Assembly (NCBI GenBank): GCA_016618085.1
Contig: JABLTG010000133.1
Location: 1 to 56,468, forward strand
DNA: 56,468 nucleotides
Direction: 5' to 3'
Source of the DNA: Neovahlkampfia damariscottae
Lineage: Eukaryota
The position numbers were made by a program, and so were the translations under genes. This document shows positions 20,778 to 32,495 of the stretch, one piece after another; positions within the stretch are counted from its first letter, which is position 1; each line of letters starts with the position of its first letter. The notes beneath the pieces were generated by a model. It worked only from the letters and a program-made list of their open reading frames with translations, was not told the origin of the DNA and searched no databases.

Positions 20778-23334
20778 TTATTTATTCAAAAGTGAAGAAT
20801 CTTCCCCTAATAATTCACAAACATGAACTAATCTCTTTTCCATTTTTGAGACACTATTTAATTTGTTTTCAATTTTTTCTTTTTCTTCTTTCAATGATAA
20901 TCTACTTTCTGCATTTAATTCACTGAAATTAATACCACCTTCTCCATTGTATTGTAACAAACAATTGTGATATTTCCATAATGAAGAACGATGAGTTACA
21001 GTTAAAACTGTAATACCCATATCAATAATATGTTGATACATTTTACTTTCGCAATCCTAAAAAGTTAAAAAAAAAAAAAAAATTCCGAACCAATGATAAC
21101 ATAGATGTGCATTCATCCAAAATTGCAAAATAAGGACGATGATAAAATAATCTAGCTAAACCTATACGTTGTTTTTCACCACCAGATAATACATCTGTCC
21201 AGTCTCTAACTGCGTCTAAATTTTCTTTTTCAAGAATTCCATCTAAATCTGCGTCTTTACAAATTTGAACAATATCAGCATCTGATTTATTTTTCTTCTT
21301 CATATCTTCATAAGTGTCAGGGTAAATAATTTGATCTCTTAACGTTCCAATGACAAGATATGGACGTTGTGGAATATAAAACATATTGGAAAGGTTTGGT
21401 TTAATAACTTTTCCTTGATATACAGGCCATAACTCTCCTAAAATTCTGAATAAAGATGATTTTCCACTTTGAATTTTTTCTCTTAATTTTTTTTTTTTCT
21501 TACCATCCATTAGGACCTGAGATTAATAAATGTTGACCTTTTCTGATTTCAAAATTGACAGATTCAACTAATATTTCACCTGTAAATAGTTTAGAAAAAT
21601 TTGAAATAAACCGTTAGGAGTAACAATAGAAACATCTTCAAACTTGAAAAAAATAATTAAAAAAAGAAAAAAAAAACTAACTTTGATGTAATCAGCATTA
21701 ACTACTAATTCTCCTTTTTTCTTTGTTTGTTGTGTTTTGATTTGATTTTTCTTATAATCTCCTTTTGAAATATCAGTAAAAACTTCAAGCATTGTTCCAA
21801 CACGATCTGTGTAACCTTTTAATTCTGATATTTCTTTGTTTGCAAGTAAAATTCTTTCAACTGCATTAGCTCCAAAAATCATTAAATTCTTTGCTGTAAT
21901 ATAACTTTGTGTTCTATCAGAAACGATATTTGAAGTAGCTTGAACATCTTTTTGATAATAAAAAGAAGGAATAGCTAATAAAGCAAGACCACAAGCATTC
22001 CAAAACTTGAAAATATCAGACTTTTTTTTTGGAGACTCTTACATATTTCATTAAAAATTGTTCCATGACTGTATAAAAAATTCTTGCTTTAAAAAGTTTG
22101 TTCATATGTTTAGCTAATGAAAGGTATGATTGAATTAAAATTCCATGTTCAATTTTTTCGCCTTTGTAAAAAGCAACTTGTTCAGAATTCTAAAAAAAAA
22201 AAATTAAAATTTTTTGGGTATAAAACAAACTGCGATTAATCTGGAATGTGAGAATCTAAGTTTCCCTTCTAATTCAGCTTGTTCTTTGACTAATACACTA
22301 AATCCTAAATTTTGTGTTAAAAAATTATGAAGGTGTTTTTTTTTACTTGGTCTGACCCATTTTAAAAGTCTACTTGTAAGATTTATAACAATTGCAGCTC
22401 CAATAAAACTAAAAAGGATAAACCATAAAAGAACTTAAAATTTACCTTGGAATACCTTTTGAAAGTTAACAAAAAAATAAAGAGTTGCTTACCACTTCCA
22501 TTTCCATCATTTCTTCCTAATCTACTTAATTCCCAGATATTTAAAATGATATCCAACACAGGTTTTGAAATTTGAGAATGAACATGAGCAAGTGTCTCAC
22601 AAAAGTTCTTTACGTCTTTTAAATAAATTTAAAAAATAAAAATAAAAAAAACCTTCTGTCAAACATTGATCTGCATTTAATAAACGACTGTCTAAGTTTG
22701 AGACGCCATAATATGTTTGATTTGTCATATAAAGTTCATATGAGTATTTTGATAATTTTGTTCTCAATGCAATAGATAACTTCTTTTCTAAGAATTGAAT
22801 CACACTTGTTAAATAAGTAGCTGGTACAGCCATAGCTAACATACTTTAAAACAGTTAAAAAAAATCCCAATTTTTTTTTTACTGAGCAACTAAAAGAAGA
22901 TTAAATTTTTTGTTTTTTTTTTACGTCTTTTCATGAATTCTTTTCCTTCTCTGTCTACCAAAGCCTTGACAATAGAACCATCTAAATTAGCAATATACAA
23001 AGATAAAAATGTTTTTGCGACTAAAGCCAAAGTATGTCCCACTAATAAAGCAGTTTCTTTACAATAAATAGAAGGAAATAAAACTCCTAAAATTGATTTT
23101 AATTGACCATAAAATTTTTGTTTTTTTTCTTTTTCAAGTTTTTTTTTTTCAAATTTTTCAGGATTTTTTTCACTTTTGATGTTAAAAAAAAAAAATAGGT
23201 TCGCTTTACGCTTCGTCTTTTAATTTTGCGTTTTTATGGATGTAATAACCTGAAATACCAAACCCAAAAACAGCTACAAGTGCCATTTTTTGTTTTGTTG
23301 ATAAGTTCATGAAATACTGTTTCACGGTTTCCAT
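20778..23334 (-). CDS. Peroxisomal ABC transporter, subfamily D
   Basis: Many short exons; [19 protein letters not shown] (Walker A), [34 protein letters not shown]-like [10 protein letters not shown]. Confidence 0.92.
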
Positions 23335-23398
23335 GTTGCTGTTTTTTGTAAATCTCCAATCAGAAACTATTGATATTTCATTGGTTAAAAAAAACTTG

Positions 23399-24057
23399 AT
23401 GTTTGAACCAAGTTTTTCATCACTTCAACAATTATCTTCTGGTTGGATTATTGTCATTTTGTTGGCCCTATTGCCTTTAATATTGATGTTATTTTCACCT
23501 GAACGAAACCCAAGACATTTGAACCATGAAGATATCAAGAAAACTTCAAAGAAAAAAAAATTTCCGTATAGCGGATGGAAAGTTATGATACATTATGATG
23601 TAATTTTATCATTTTTTTTTTTTAATTTTTTTCCTTAAAAGAAAAAAATAAAAGACGAAGAAGAATTTATTAAATTTTTAAGTGAAGAGTGTGATTTATA
23701 CTTTTTAGCAAAAGTAAAAAGCGACCAAGAAGAACAAAAAGTAAAAGATGATTTGAATTTTTTCAATCAAGATGTAGCTTTATTTTAATTTTAAAAAAAA
23801 ATTGTTTTTAGAAACTTCTGTTTTGTGAGACTTCAGTGGGTAAAATAGCAATGGCAAGGCGTAATTAAACATAAACATTCACTTTTTTATAGAACTAGAA
23901 GTAAATTTGTACATTGATAACGACGTTGATTGTTTAAAAGAATTAAGTCGATTTTTGCCGTTTGTTGGTTATCTTGGTGTTAGTGATGATAAATTATCAA
24001 ATATTTCTTTTCAATCTGAAAATTTAAATCAATTAATAAATCAAATAAAAGTTTGAG
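23399..24057 (+). CDS. Hypothetical small multi-exon protein with N-terminal TM segment
   Basis: ATG downstream of a CCAAT box, hydrophobic stretch, several GT-AG micro-introns; exon structure uncertain. Confidence 0.4.
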
Positions 24058-24168
24058 TCTTCAATTATAAAACTGCACTAATAATTTTCAAATAAATTTG
24101 ACCAATCAAAAATTTTTCGTTTAGTTGTTCTCAAAAAACTTCGAGTAAACAGATTTGTAAAATTTTCA

Positions 24169-27100
24169 ATGAGTCAAGGAACTGAAGAACCAAAGAAGAA
24201 ACATACAAGAAGGTAAAAAAAAAAAAGTTTTGAAATCCATTTTTCCAGAGATACTCTTCAAAAAATTGAACAAAAAGTACAAAAAAGGTGGCTTGCAGAA
24301 AAACCTTATGACAGAGATGCACCTGAGGATTTATCAAAACCAAAATATTTGATCACATTTCCATACCCTTATATGAATGGTTTGGTTTATTTTTTTTAAC
24401 TTTTTTTTCTTTAGGACGTCTTCATTTAGGTCATGCTTTTTCATTGACTAAAACTGAATTTGCTGCAAGATTTCATACTTTACTTGGTGAAAACGTTTTA
24501 TTTCCATTTGCTTTTCATTGTAATTTGTTTTTTTTTTAACCATTCAAACTTCAGGCACTGGTATGCCAATTGTAGCGGCTGCTGATAAATTAAAAAGAGA
24601 AATTCAAACATATGGTAATCCACCAACTTTTCCAGTTGAAGAAGTTGTTGAAAAAAAACAAGAAGTTAAAGTAGAAAAAGAAGTTGATCCAACAAAATTT
24701 TCAGGAGCAAAAGGAAAACTTGCTGGAAAAACTGATAAAAAAGCTGTTTATCAATGGAATATTCTTAAAGGAATGGGTATTTCAGAAGAAGAAATTCCAA
24801 AATTTGCAGACCCAGGTAAATTTCTTTTTTAAAAAAAAAAATTGACCACTTAAAAGTTTATTGGACAAGTTTCTTTCCACCACTTGGTAAACAAGATTTA
24901 TACTCATTTGGATGTGCTATTGATTTTCGTCGTTCATTCATCACAACAGACGTTAACCCATTTTATGACTCTTTCATCAGATGGCAATTTAACAGACTTA
25001 AAGAATTAGGCTATTTAACATTTTTAAATAGATACTCAATTTATTCAACTATTGATGGTCAACCATGTAAAAAAAAAAAAAAAAAAAAAATTTAACATTC
25101 TTTATTAAGGTGCTGATCATGACAGAGCAACAGGAGAAGGTGTAAAACCACAAGAATATACATTAATTAAAATGAAAGTTCAAACACCATTTCCAAAAGC
25201 ACTTGCTTCACTTGAAGGAAAAGATGTCTTTTTTGTTTGTGCTACTTTAAGACCTGAAACAATGTACGGACAAACAAATTGTTGGATCAAATCAGATGGA
25301 AAATATGGAGCTTTTGCTTTAAAAAATGGTGAAGTTGTTGTCTGCACAGAAAGAGCAGCAAGAAGTAAAAAAAAAAAAAAAAATTAAAAACTTTATCATA
25401 GATCTTGCATATCAAGAATATTGTGAATTTGGAAAAGTTAACTGTTTAGTTTCTGATATCACAGGATCTGATTTAATTGGAACTGCACTTTCAGCTCCAA
25501 ATTCATTAGTTTATAAAACAGTTTATTGTTTACCAATGATTAATGTTTCAACTAAAAAAGGAACAGGTATTGTCACATCAGTACCTTCAGATTCACCTGG
25601 TACCTATTTCATTTTTTTTTTAAATTTTCAAAAGATGACTATATGGCTTTACTTGACTTAAAAACAAAAGAAAAATTCCGTGAATTATATAACGTTAAAG
25701 AAGAATGGGTTAAAGATTTTGAAGTTGTTCCAATCATTGATATTCCAGAATTAGGTGATAAAGCTGCTGTAACAGTTTGTGAAAAAATGAAAATAAAATC
25801 ACAAAAAGATCAAGTTGAATTAGGAAAAGCAAAGAAAGAAGTTTATAAACATGGATTTTATTCAGGTATTTTAACAGTCGGCCCACATAAAGGATCGTAA
25901 GTTTCCAAAATTGTTATAACAAAAAATTTTTTTCCAGAAAAGTACTTGAAGCAAAAGAAAAAATCACTCAACAATTACTTGATGAAGGAGTTGCTATTAA
26001 ATATGCTGAACCTGAAAGTGAAGTTCTTTCAAGATCAGGTGATAATTGTGTTGTTGCTATGACTGACCAATGGTTCTTAAAATATGGAGAAGAAAATTGG
26101 AGAAAAACAGTTGAAGAATATACAATGAATGAAGTTGAAACTTACAGTGATTCAACAAAAAATTCATTAATTGGTACAATCAACTGGTTAAAAGGTAAAC
26201 AAAAAATTTAAGTTTAATAGTTAGAATGGGCATGTTCTAGAGAATATGGATTAGGTACAAAACTTCCATTTGATGAAAGATACGTTGTTGAATCATTATC
26301 CGATTCTACAATTTATAATGCTTTTTACACTTTTGCTCATATTCTTCAAGGAGGTGTTTTAGATGGTTCAGTTATTTCTGATGTCAAACCAGAACATCTT
26401 ACAAAAGGTGTTTGGGATTATATCTTAGTTGGTGGTGAATATCCAACAGATTCTCAAATTTCAAAAGATGCTTTAAAAAAAATGAAAACAGAATTTGATT
26501 ATTGGTATGGAGTTGATTTAAGATCATCAGGTAAAGATTTAATTCAAAATCATTTGACTATGTATTTATACAATCATGCTGCAATATTTCCTGATAAAAA
26601 ACATTGGCCAAAATCAATTTTTGCAAATGGTCATGTTTTAGTTGATGATGAAAAAATGTCAAAATCAAAAGGAAATTTCATTTTACTTGATAAAGGAATT
26701 GAAGATTACACAGCTGATGGTATTAGAATTGGATTAGCTGATGCTGGAGATGGTTTAGAAGATGGTAATTTTAAAAGACAAACTGCAGATGATTCCATTT
26801 TAAGATTAACAACTTATCTTAAATACGTTGAATCATTTTTAGAAAAACCAAAAACTGAAAAATTACCAAGTGATTTTGTTAAAGAAAAAGAAAAACCTGT
26901 TAGAATTGGATCAGAAGAATTATTCGCAGATAAAGTTTTTTATCATCGTTTGATTCATAATATCAAAAAAGCAAAAGAATCTTATTCAATGATGAGATTT
27001 AGAGAAGCTCTTCATCTCTGCTTCTATGAACTTCATAAAATTAAAGATGATTATATTGTTCAAGTTGATGGTGTAGTCAAACAAGATTTAATGATGAAAT

Positions 27101-27738
27101 TTATTGAATATGAAGCTATTATTATGTCACCAATCAGACCTCATTTTAGTGAACATATTTGGGAATTAATTGGAAAGAAAACAAGAATTGAAAATGAATT
27201 ATGGCCTGAAGTACCAGATTCTGATTTAAGAGTTATTAGATCATATTTTTATTTCCAAAACTCAATTTATCAATTTAGATCAAAATTAAACAAAGAAAAA
27301 GATACAGCAAAGAAATCTAAAAAAGAATGGTCACAACCAAAAGGTGCTTACATTTATGTAATGGATCATTATGCAACTTGGCAATTAGAAACATTAAAAG
27401 TTTTAAGAGAAATTATCAAACCAACTGATACTCAATTTCCAGTTGATCTTTCAAAAATGCTTAAAGGAAAAGTTGATGGAAAAAATATGAAAAACATTAT
27501 GATGTTTGTTGGATATCTTCGTTTAGAATTTGAAAAATATGGAATGGAAGCATTAAATGATGAATTACCATTTGATGAATATGGCATTTTTGAAGAAAAT
27601 GCTTCATTTGTTAAATCATCATTAGGATTTGATTCATTGACTATTTTCAAAGAAAGTGATAAAAATGTTGTTGATCCAAAAAATAGAATGAAACTTGTTT
27701 CAACTGGAAATCCTCAAATTCATTTCGTTCATGAATAA
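24169..27738 (+). CDS. LARS1: Leucyl-tRNA synthetase, cytoplasmic type
   Basis: [14 protein letters not shown] (HIGH), [30 protein letters not shown] (CP1 editing), [15 protein letters not shown]; about 9 short introns. Confidence 0.97.
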
Positions 27739-27806
27739 ATTTTCAACTTTTTTAAATTTTTTTTTTTAACGCAAAATTATTGGTGGTTTTTTTTTGTCCA
27801 ATCATA

Positions 27807-28570
27807 ATGTTTTCACGAATTGTTTTGAAGAGGTAAGTGAAATAGACATTTTTAAAGAAAAAAAATAAAAGAATAAAACCACAAAATACTGTTACAAAGT
27901 ATAAAAATTTTCACAAAAACACAACAATTTTCAATGGTGAATTTCCGGATCCAGAAGGAAACAAAAAAGTTGTAATCCGAAAAGAAATAAAAGAACTTGG
28001 AGATAAAATTTTAGAAATGAATATATATGACTCACTCCTTTTAGGTGAATACATTAAAGTAATTCAAAAAAAAAAAAAAAAAAAATTAATTTTAAAAAAA
28101 AAATAGGAAAGATTAGGAACACCAGGTGATATGCCAGATCCATTTCAAGCTGTAATGCTTGGTTTGGGTAACCTTTCAAATCCATTTGGTGGAATGATGG
28201 GCGGAGGAATGCCAATGCAAGGAATGCAAATGCAACAAGTACCAGTTCAACAAGCTCCTGCAGCTGAAGCTCCAAAAGAAGAAGAACCACCAAAAGAAGA
28301 GACAAAAGAAAAATCAATTTTTGATATCAAATTAGAATCTGTTGATCCAGCAAAAAAAATAAACTTAATTAAAGAATTACGTAAAATTGATTCATCACTT
28401 GGAATCAAACAAGTAAATTTAAAAGAACATTACTAAATACCTTTTTTTTGAAATAGGCAAAAGAATTGGTTGAAGCAGTACCTTCAATTATTAAAAAAGA
28501 TGTTCCAAGAGAAGAAGCTGAAAAAATTGAAGCAGCATTATCTGCTTTTGGAAAAGTTGTTCTTCAATAA
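27807..28570 (+). CDS. MRPL12: Mitochondrial ribosomal protein bL12m (L7/L12)
   Basis: EKSIFDIKLE...KINLIKELR...LGIKQAKELVEAVPSIIKKDVPREEAEKI after splicing; N-terminal presequence-like MFSRIVLK. Confidence 0.85.
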
Positions 28571-28574
28571 AATT

Positions 28575-29303
28575 TTATTCTTTTTCAAAGTCATATTTGT
28601 CAACTTGTACTTTTGTTTTTTCAGGTGATTTATAATAATGATATGTTGAAACTGTTGTACTTTGAATATCTAATAATAATAAAGATGGAATTGCGTCTTT
28701 GTTTAAACCATTATAAGCTCCTGTTAAACTACCTTTTTTTTTTTGTTAATTTTGAAATGTTAAAATAAAAAAACCTGGGTTTAAGAATAAATGATTTTGA
28801 TATTGATAATGTTCAAATTGATGAGTATGTCCTGATATTAAAATATCAACATTAAGTTTTCTTTGAATTATTGCCAAAGCTTCTTTGTCACCCCTTTAAA
28901 TTTTGTGTTAAAAAAAAAAAAAAAAAACTTTACCAAGGTACAACTTGATGTCCATGAATTAAACCAATCTATAAATAATTTGTTTTTTTAATATTTTTTT
29001 TTTCTACTTTTAATTGACCAAATTGTAAGACTTCAGTTTCTTTTAAATCTACTCCTTTCATTTTATCATCAAAATCACCTTTTACACATGTTAATTTTGG
29101 TGAAATTGATTGTAAAAATTGGTACATTTCCTTTGTACATAAGTTTCCTGTGCATAAAACATGACTTATTTGACCAGGTTGTAATAATTTTTTTATCTCT
29201 TTTTGAATTTCACTTGATCTATAAGGAACATGTAAATCTCCTACAACTAAAACTAACTAAATGGGAAAATTAAAAAATAAAAAGTTGTTTGTACATTGGA
29301 CAT
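28575..29303 (-). CDS. VPS29: Retromer subunit VPS29
   Basis: Manual translation across introns: VGDLHVP, LCTGNLC, VKGDFD, IHGHQVVPWGD, ISGHTH, LNPGS.TGAY. Confidence 0.9.
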
Positions 29304-29351
29304 TCTTTTTAATAATTGGAAGATTTGATACTTTTTAATTGGATAAAAAAA

Positions 29352-29636
29352 ATGAAACAATTCAAAAAAAGTTCTGCATCAAAAGGAATTGAAAAAATAA
29401 AAAAAGAAAAAAAAACAATCAAAGAAATTGAAGCAAAATTAAAAATTAAAAAAATATTTGATAATTTAGACCACATTGTTCTTTCAGATTCGGAAATTTT
29501 AAAAAAAAGTTTTTTGGAGAATTTAAATGATCAATTTATGAAAGATGAAATAAATAATCATTTTGATGAATATTTTCAAGAATTAAATTTAAAACCAAAA
29601 AAACAACAAAACATAAAGATTGTAAAAACGAAATAA
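29352..29636 (+). CDS. Small hypothetical protein
   Basis: Open Lys-rich ORF between two genes with a promoter-like motif upstream; no recognisable domain. Confidence 0.35.
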   Translation: MKQFKKSSASKGIEKIKKEKKTIKEIEAKLKIKKIFDNLDHIVLSDSEILKKSFLENLNDQFMKDEINNHFDEYFQELNLKPKKQQNIKIVKTK

Positions 29637-29681
29637 AAAAGTTTCATTTTGTGATATCACTCAATAAAAGAATTGTTTTTT

Positions 29682-30267
29682 TTATTGATATTTGGTTTGT
29701 TTTATTTGTTCATCTATCATTGTGTCCAATTGATTTAATTTTCTTTTTAATTTTGTGACATGTTCTCTTTGAATAGCAACTTCTGGAAAGTATTCACCTT
29801 TTATAATGTTTTTTATTAATAAATCTTTTTCTTTTTGAAAGTTTTGATTCTTGTACAATTCTTCAAAAGTCATGTTTTGAGGTAGAAATCTCTGTTTGAA
29901 AAAATATTAATTTTTTTTTTTTTTTTTACTTTGAGGTAAGATTTTTCATCTGTTGTTAGTTTGGATATAGTGTTGATGGATAATAAGTTTTGAAATGATT
30001 CCTCATTTTTTAAAAGAGAATTCGGTATTAGAAGATGATTACCTGAAATTAAAGCTGGTTCTGAATTGTTTATATTTGAAAATGGTAAGCCTAATGCATT
30101 TAGTTTTAATTTTGAATTTTCAACTTGGTGATTTTGAAATAGTTTATGATTCTCTCCACGTTTCATTTTGTCCAATCAACTATTGAAATTCTTCATTTGT
30201 AGTTGACGAACTTTAGTGAAACCAGGAAATTTTTAAATTGGATGTGCATTTTTTTAAAAACCTCATT
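29682..30267 (-). CDS. DEUBAD (NFRKB/ASX-homology)-like small protein
   Basis: LIPNSLLKNEESFQNLLSINT...TDEKSYLK^RFLP...NF...GEYFPEV resembles the NFRKB DEUBAD domain; start uncertain. Confidence 0.45.
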
Positions 30268-30519
30268 CATTAAAAGAACAATTTTTTGAGAAACAAGAGA
30301 GAAAAACAACACAGGATATTTGTGCAAAAATTGTTATTCAATAAGACTCCTTTGTAATTAATTCAACCAACTGAGTGGTGTTTTTTCTTGATAACAGGAC
30401 TATATTTTGACTAGGTCATGTTACGACACTTCAAATTGAAGCGTGACGCTTTCAATTAAAACATGAGTTGTTAAAAAAAAATTTGTTCGTAATTTTTATT
30501 TTGAAGTTTAAAGCCAATC

Positions 30520-31492
30520 ATGAACATTTCTCAGGGAATTGACATCGTGAACTATACAAAATTACCAAGAAAATAATTTCAAAAAGATTTAAAGTTTTGT
30601 GATGGAAATTTTGGATTGTTAGAATTGACCAATTGGGTAAAAAACCAAAGAAAAACCAAAAAAACAGTTCAAAAAAAAGAAGAAACAAAAAGTACAAACG
30701 AAGAATTGAAGAAAGAGGTACAAACTGAACAAAACATCCAAACAGGAAAAGATGACCTCAGGAAGATTGAACAAAATCAATTTCCAAATCTTGATTCAAG
30801 GCCATTTCAAGATAGGAGACTAAAATTTGTTGAGAGATTTGATATACCAAAAGAAGAGTATGATAAGATTTTAAACGAAAATGAGAAATTAAAAAGAGAA
30901 AATCAGGATCTTATGAATGAAATGAAAAAATATTGCCAACTTTATGGAGATTTGACAAGAAGAACAACAAACCAAGACACAAAAATTCTTGATCTTGAGC
31001 ATGAAAATAAATTGTTGCGAGAAGAGAACAGAAAGCTGAAAGAACAACTTCAAGAATTACAAAACAAACTTCAAGAAACACAAAACAGGTTATCAAAACT
31101 GGAAGAAAAAGAACAAAAGAGGACTCAATTAGGATTAGTTTGTGAATTGGCATCTCAAATAGAAAGTGGAATTATGTCAGAGGTGACAAAAGATTCACAA
31201 AAAAAGATATTCAAATTTACTCATGTCAAAAGCTCTAACAAAAGAAAAATTTCAACAATTATGTCAAATTTGTTATTTAGATGAAGAAAAATATGAAGAA
31301 GTTTTGAGTATTTTAAAAGAGAGTCGTCTTCCTATGGCCCATATTTTTTCAGAACCACCAACACCAAATTCTTTGAAAGAATATGCAAAAAACATCTTTC
31401 CATCTAGTTACAATGAAATTTGCGAATTGATAAATATACTTTCTAATATAAGAAAGAATCAAAATATAAATGAATTCTACACTTACAAGTAA
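30520..31492 (+). pseudogene. Coiled-coil protein with C-terminal RxxxxH (HEPN-like) motif; frameshifted as assembled
   Basis: ORFs 30616-31284 and 31223-31492 overlap in different frames around an A-run at ~31199-31205. In-frame TAA at 30574 may be intronic. LKESRLPMAH motif. Confidence 0.5.
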
Positions 31493-31496
31493 CTGG

Positions 31497-31603
31497 ACTT
31501 AGTTGGTTGAAACCACACTTAATTGGAATGACAGGAGTCAGTTGGAGTAACATGACTTAATTGGAATAAAGTTACATTATTCCGAAAAATAACACTTAGT
31601 TGG
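31497..31603. repeat. Array of ACTTARTTGG-like 10-mers with ~19-20 bp period
   Basis: Copies at 31497, 31517, 31536 (AGTCAGTTGG), 31555 and 31594; an inverted copy at 30367-30376. Confidence 0.7.
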
Positions 31604-31706
31604 CTGAAACACTATACTTCAAATTAAAAACTAAGGTTTATTCTGATAACGCGACTAATTACGCAGGAGTCTTAATATAAACTAAAAAGTCAATAATTTC
31701 TTCTAA

Positions 31707-32369
31707 TTACGTTAAAATTGTTTCTCTAAAGAAGAGAAGTTCAAAATTTTCCTTTACAAATTGTTTTGGACATTTCTCATTTGATTTTTTATCACAACGT
31801 TCAATGAGTTTCCCTTCATATGTATTTTCAAATTTACTTTTAATTTTTCTTTCAATTTCTTCAATTGAAGAAAGTTCTGAAAATGATTCTCTTGTTTTGA
31901 TGTAATGAGAAAATTCATTTGAATACAATTGAATTTCATTTGGAAAAGTTTTCACAAATTTCAGAAATTTTCCATAATTTTCATAAATATCATTCTTTTC
32001 TTTAAAGGAAAATGTTGAAAAAAGAGTTCCGCATTCTATCCAAGTTGTTGGAATTTTTGAAATCAAATATCTCAATGAATCCATTCTTTTTAATTTTACA
32101 GAAAAATTCTTCTTTTTGTTGTTGTTCAATTTAAAGTATTCTTTATGTTTTTCACAAAAAAGACTGATGGTTTGATGATTTTGAAGAACATATTTCTTTG
32201 CTCGATTTGACAGTTTTCCAAAGAGATCACCGGAGAAAATCCATTCATCTATACTCATATTGAGTTTCATTTCTTTGAGCAACTCAACATCATTCATATT
32301 TTCTTTGAAGCATGATCCATCTGGATGATTTTGACCAATTAAAAAGAGTTCCCTCAATCTCAGGATCAA
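31707..32369 (-). CDS. Hypothetical protein with two internal ~60-aa repeats (winged-helix/LOTUS-like?)
   Basis: WIFSGDLFGKLS...ISLFCEKHKEYF and WIECGTLFSTFS...FLKFVKTFPNEI are mutually similar. Confidence 0.4.
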   Translation of the reverse strand: MILRLRELFLIGQNHPDGSCFKENMNDVELLKEMKLNMSIDEWIFSGDLFGKLSNRAKKYVLQNHQTISLFCEKHKEYFKLNNNKKKNFSVKLKRMDSLRYLISKIPTTWIECGTLFSTFSFKEKNDIYENYGKFLKFVKTFPNEIQLYSNEFSHYIKTRESFSELSSIEEIERKIKSKFENTYEGKLIERCDKKSNEKCPKQFVKENFELLFFRETILT

Positions 32370-32495
32370 TCAAATTAGGAAAGGTCTTTTTTCCTGATCC
32401 GACTTCAAAAGGAAAATATATCCTATTGATCAACATTGGTTGATTGATTGTCAGATGAGAACAAAACACAACTATTGAAGAATCATATTAATATT

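Larger units (their letters stand above)
30342..31674. mobile_element. Putative non-autonomous TIR DNA transposon with TA flanks and subterminal repeats
   Basis: TAAGACTCCTTTGTAATTA (30342-30360) vs TAATTACGCAGGAGTCTTA (31656-31674) is a 17/19 inverted match. Further inverted subterminal motifs lie inside both ends. No transposase. Confidence 0.6.

Noticed and set aside
23568..23577. ATAGCGGAT resembling the omegaRNA 3' end
   Set aside because: A 9-nt match inside a coding region with no further scaffold similarity.
31497..31603. Periodic short repeats resembling a mini-CRISPR array
   Set aside because: Repeats are 10 bp with ~10-bp spacers, degenerate, with no cas genes, in a eukaryote. 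They are better explained as transposon subterminal repeats.
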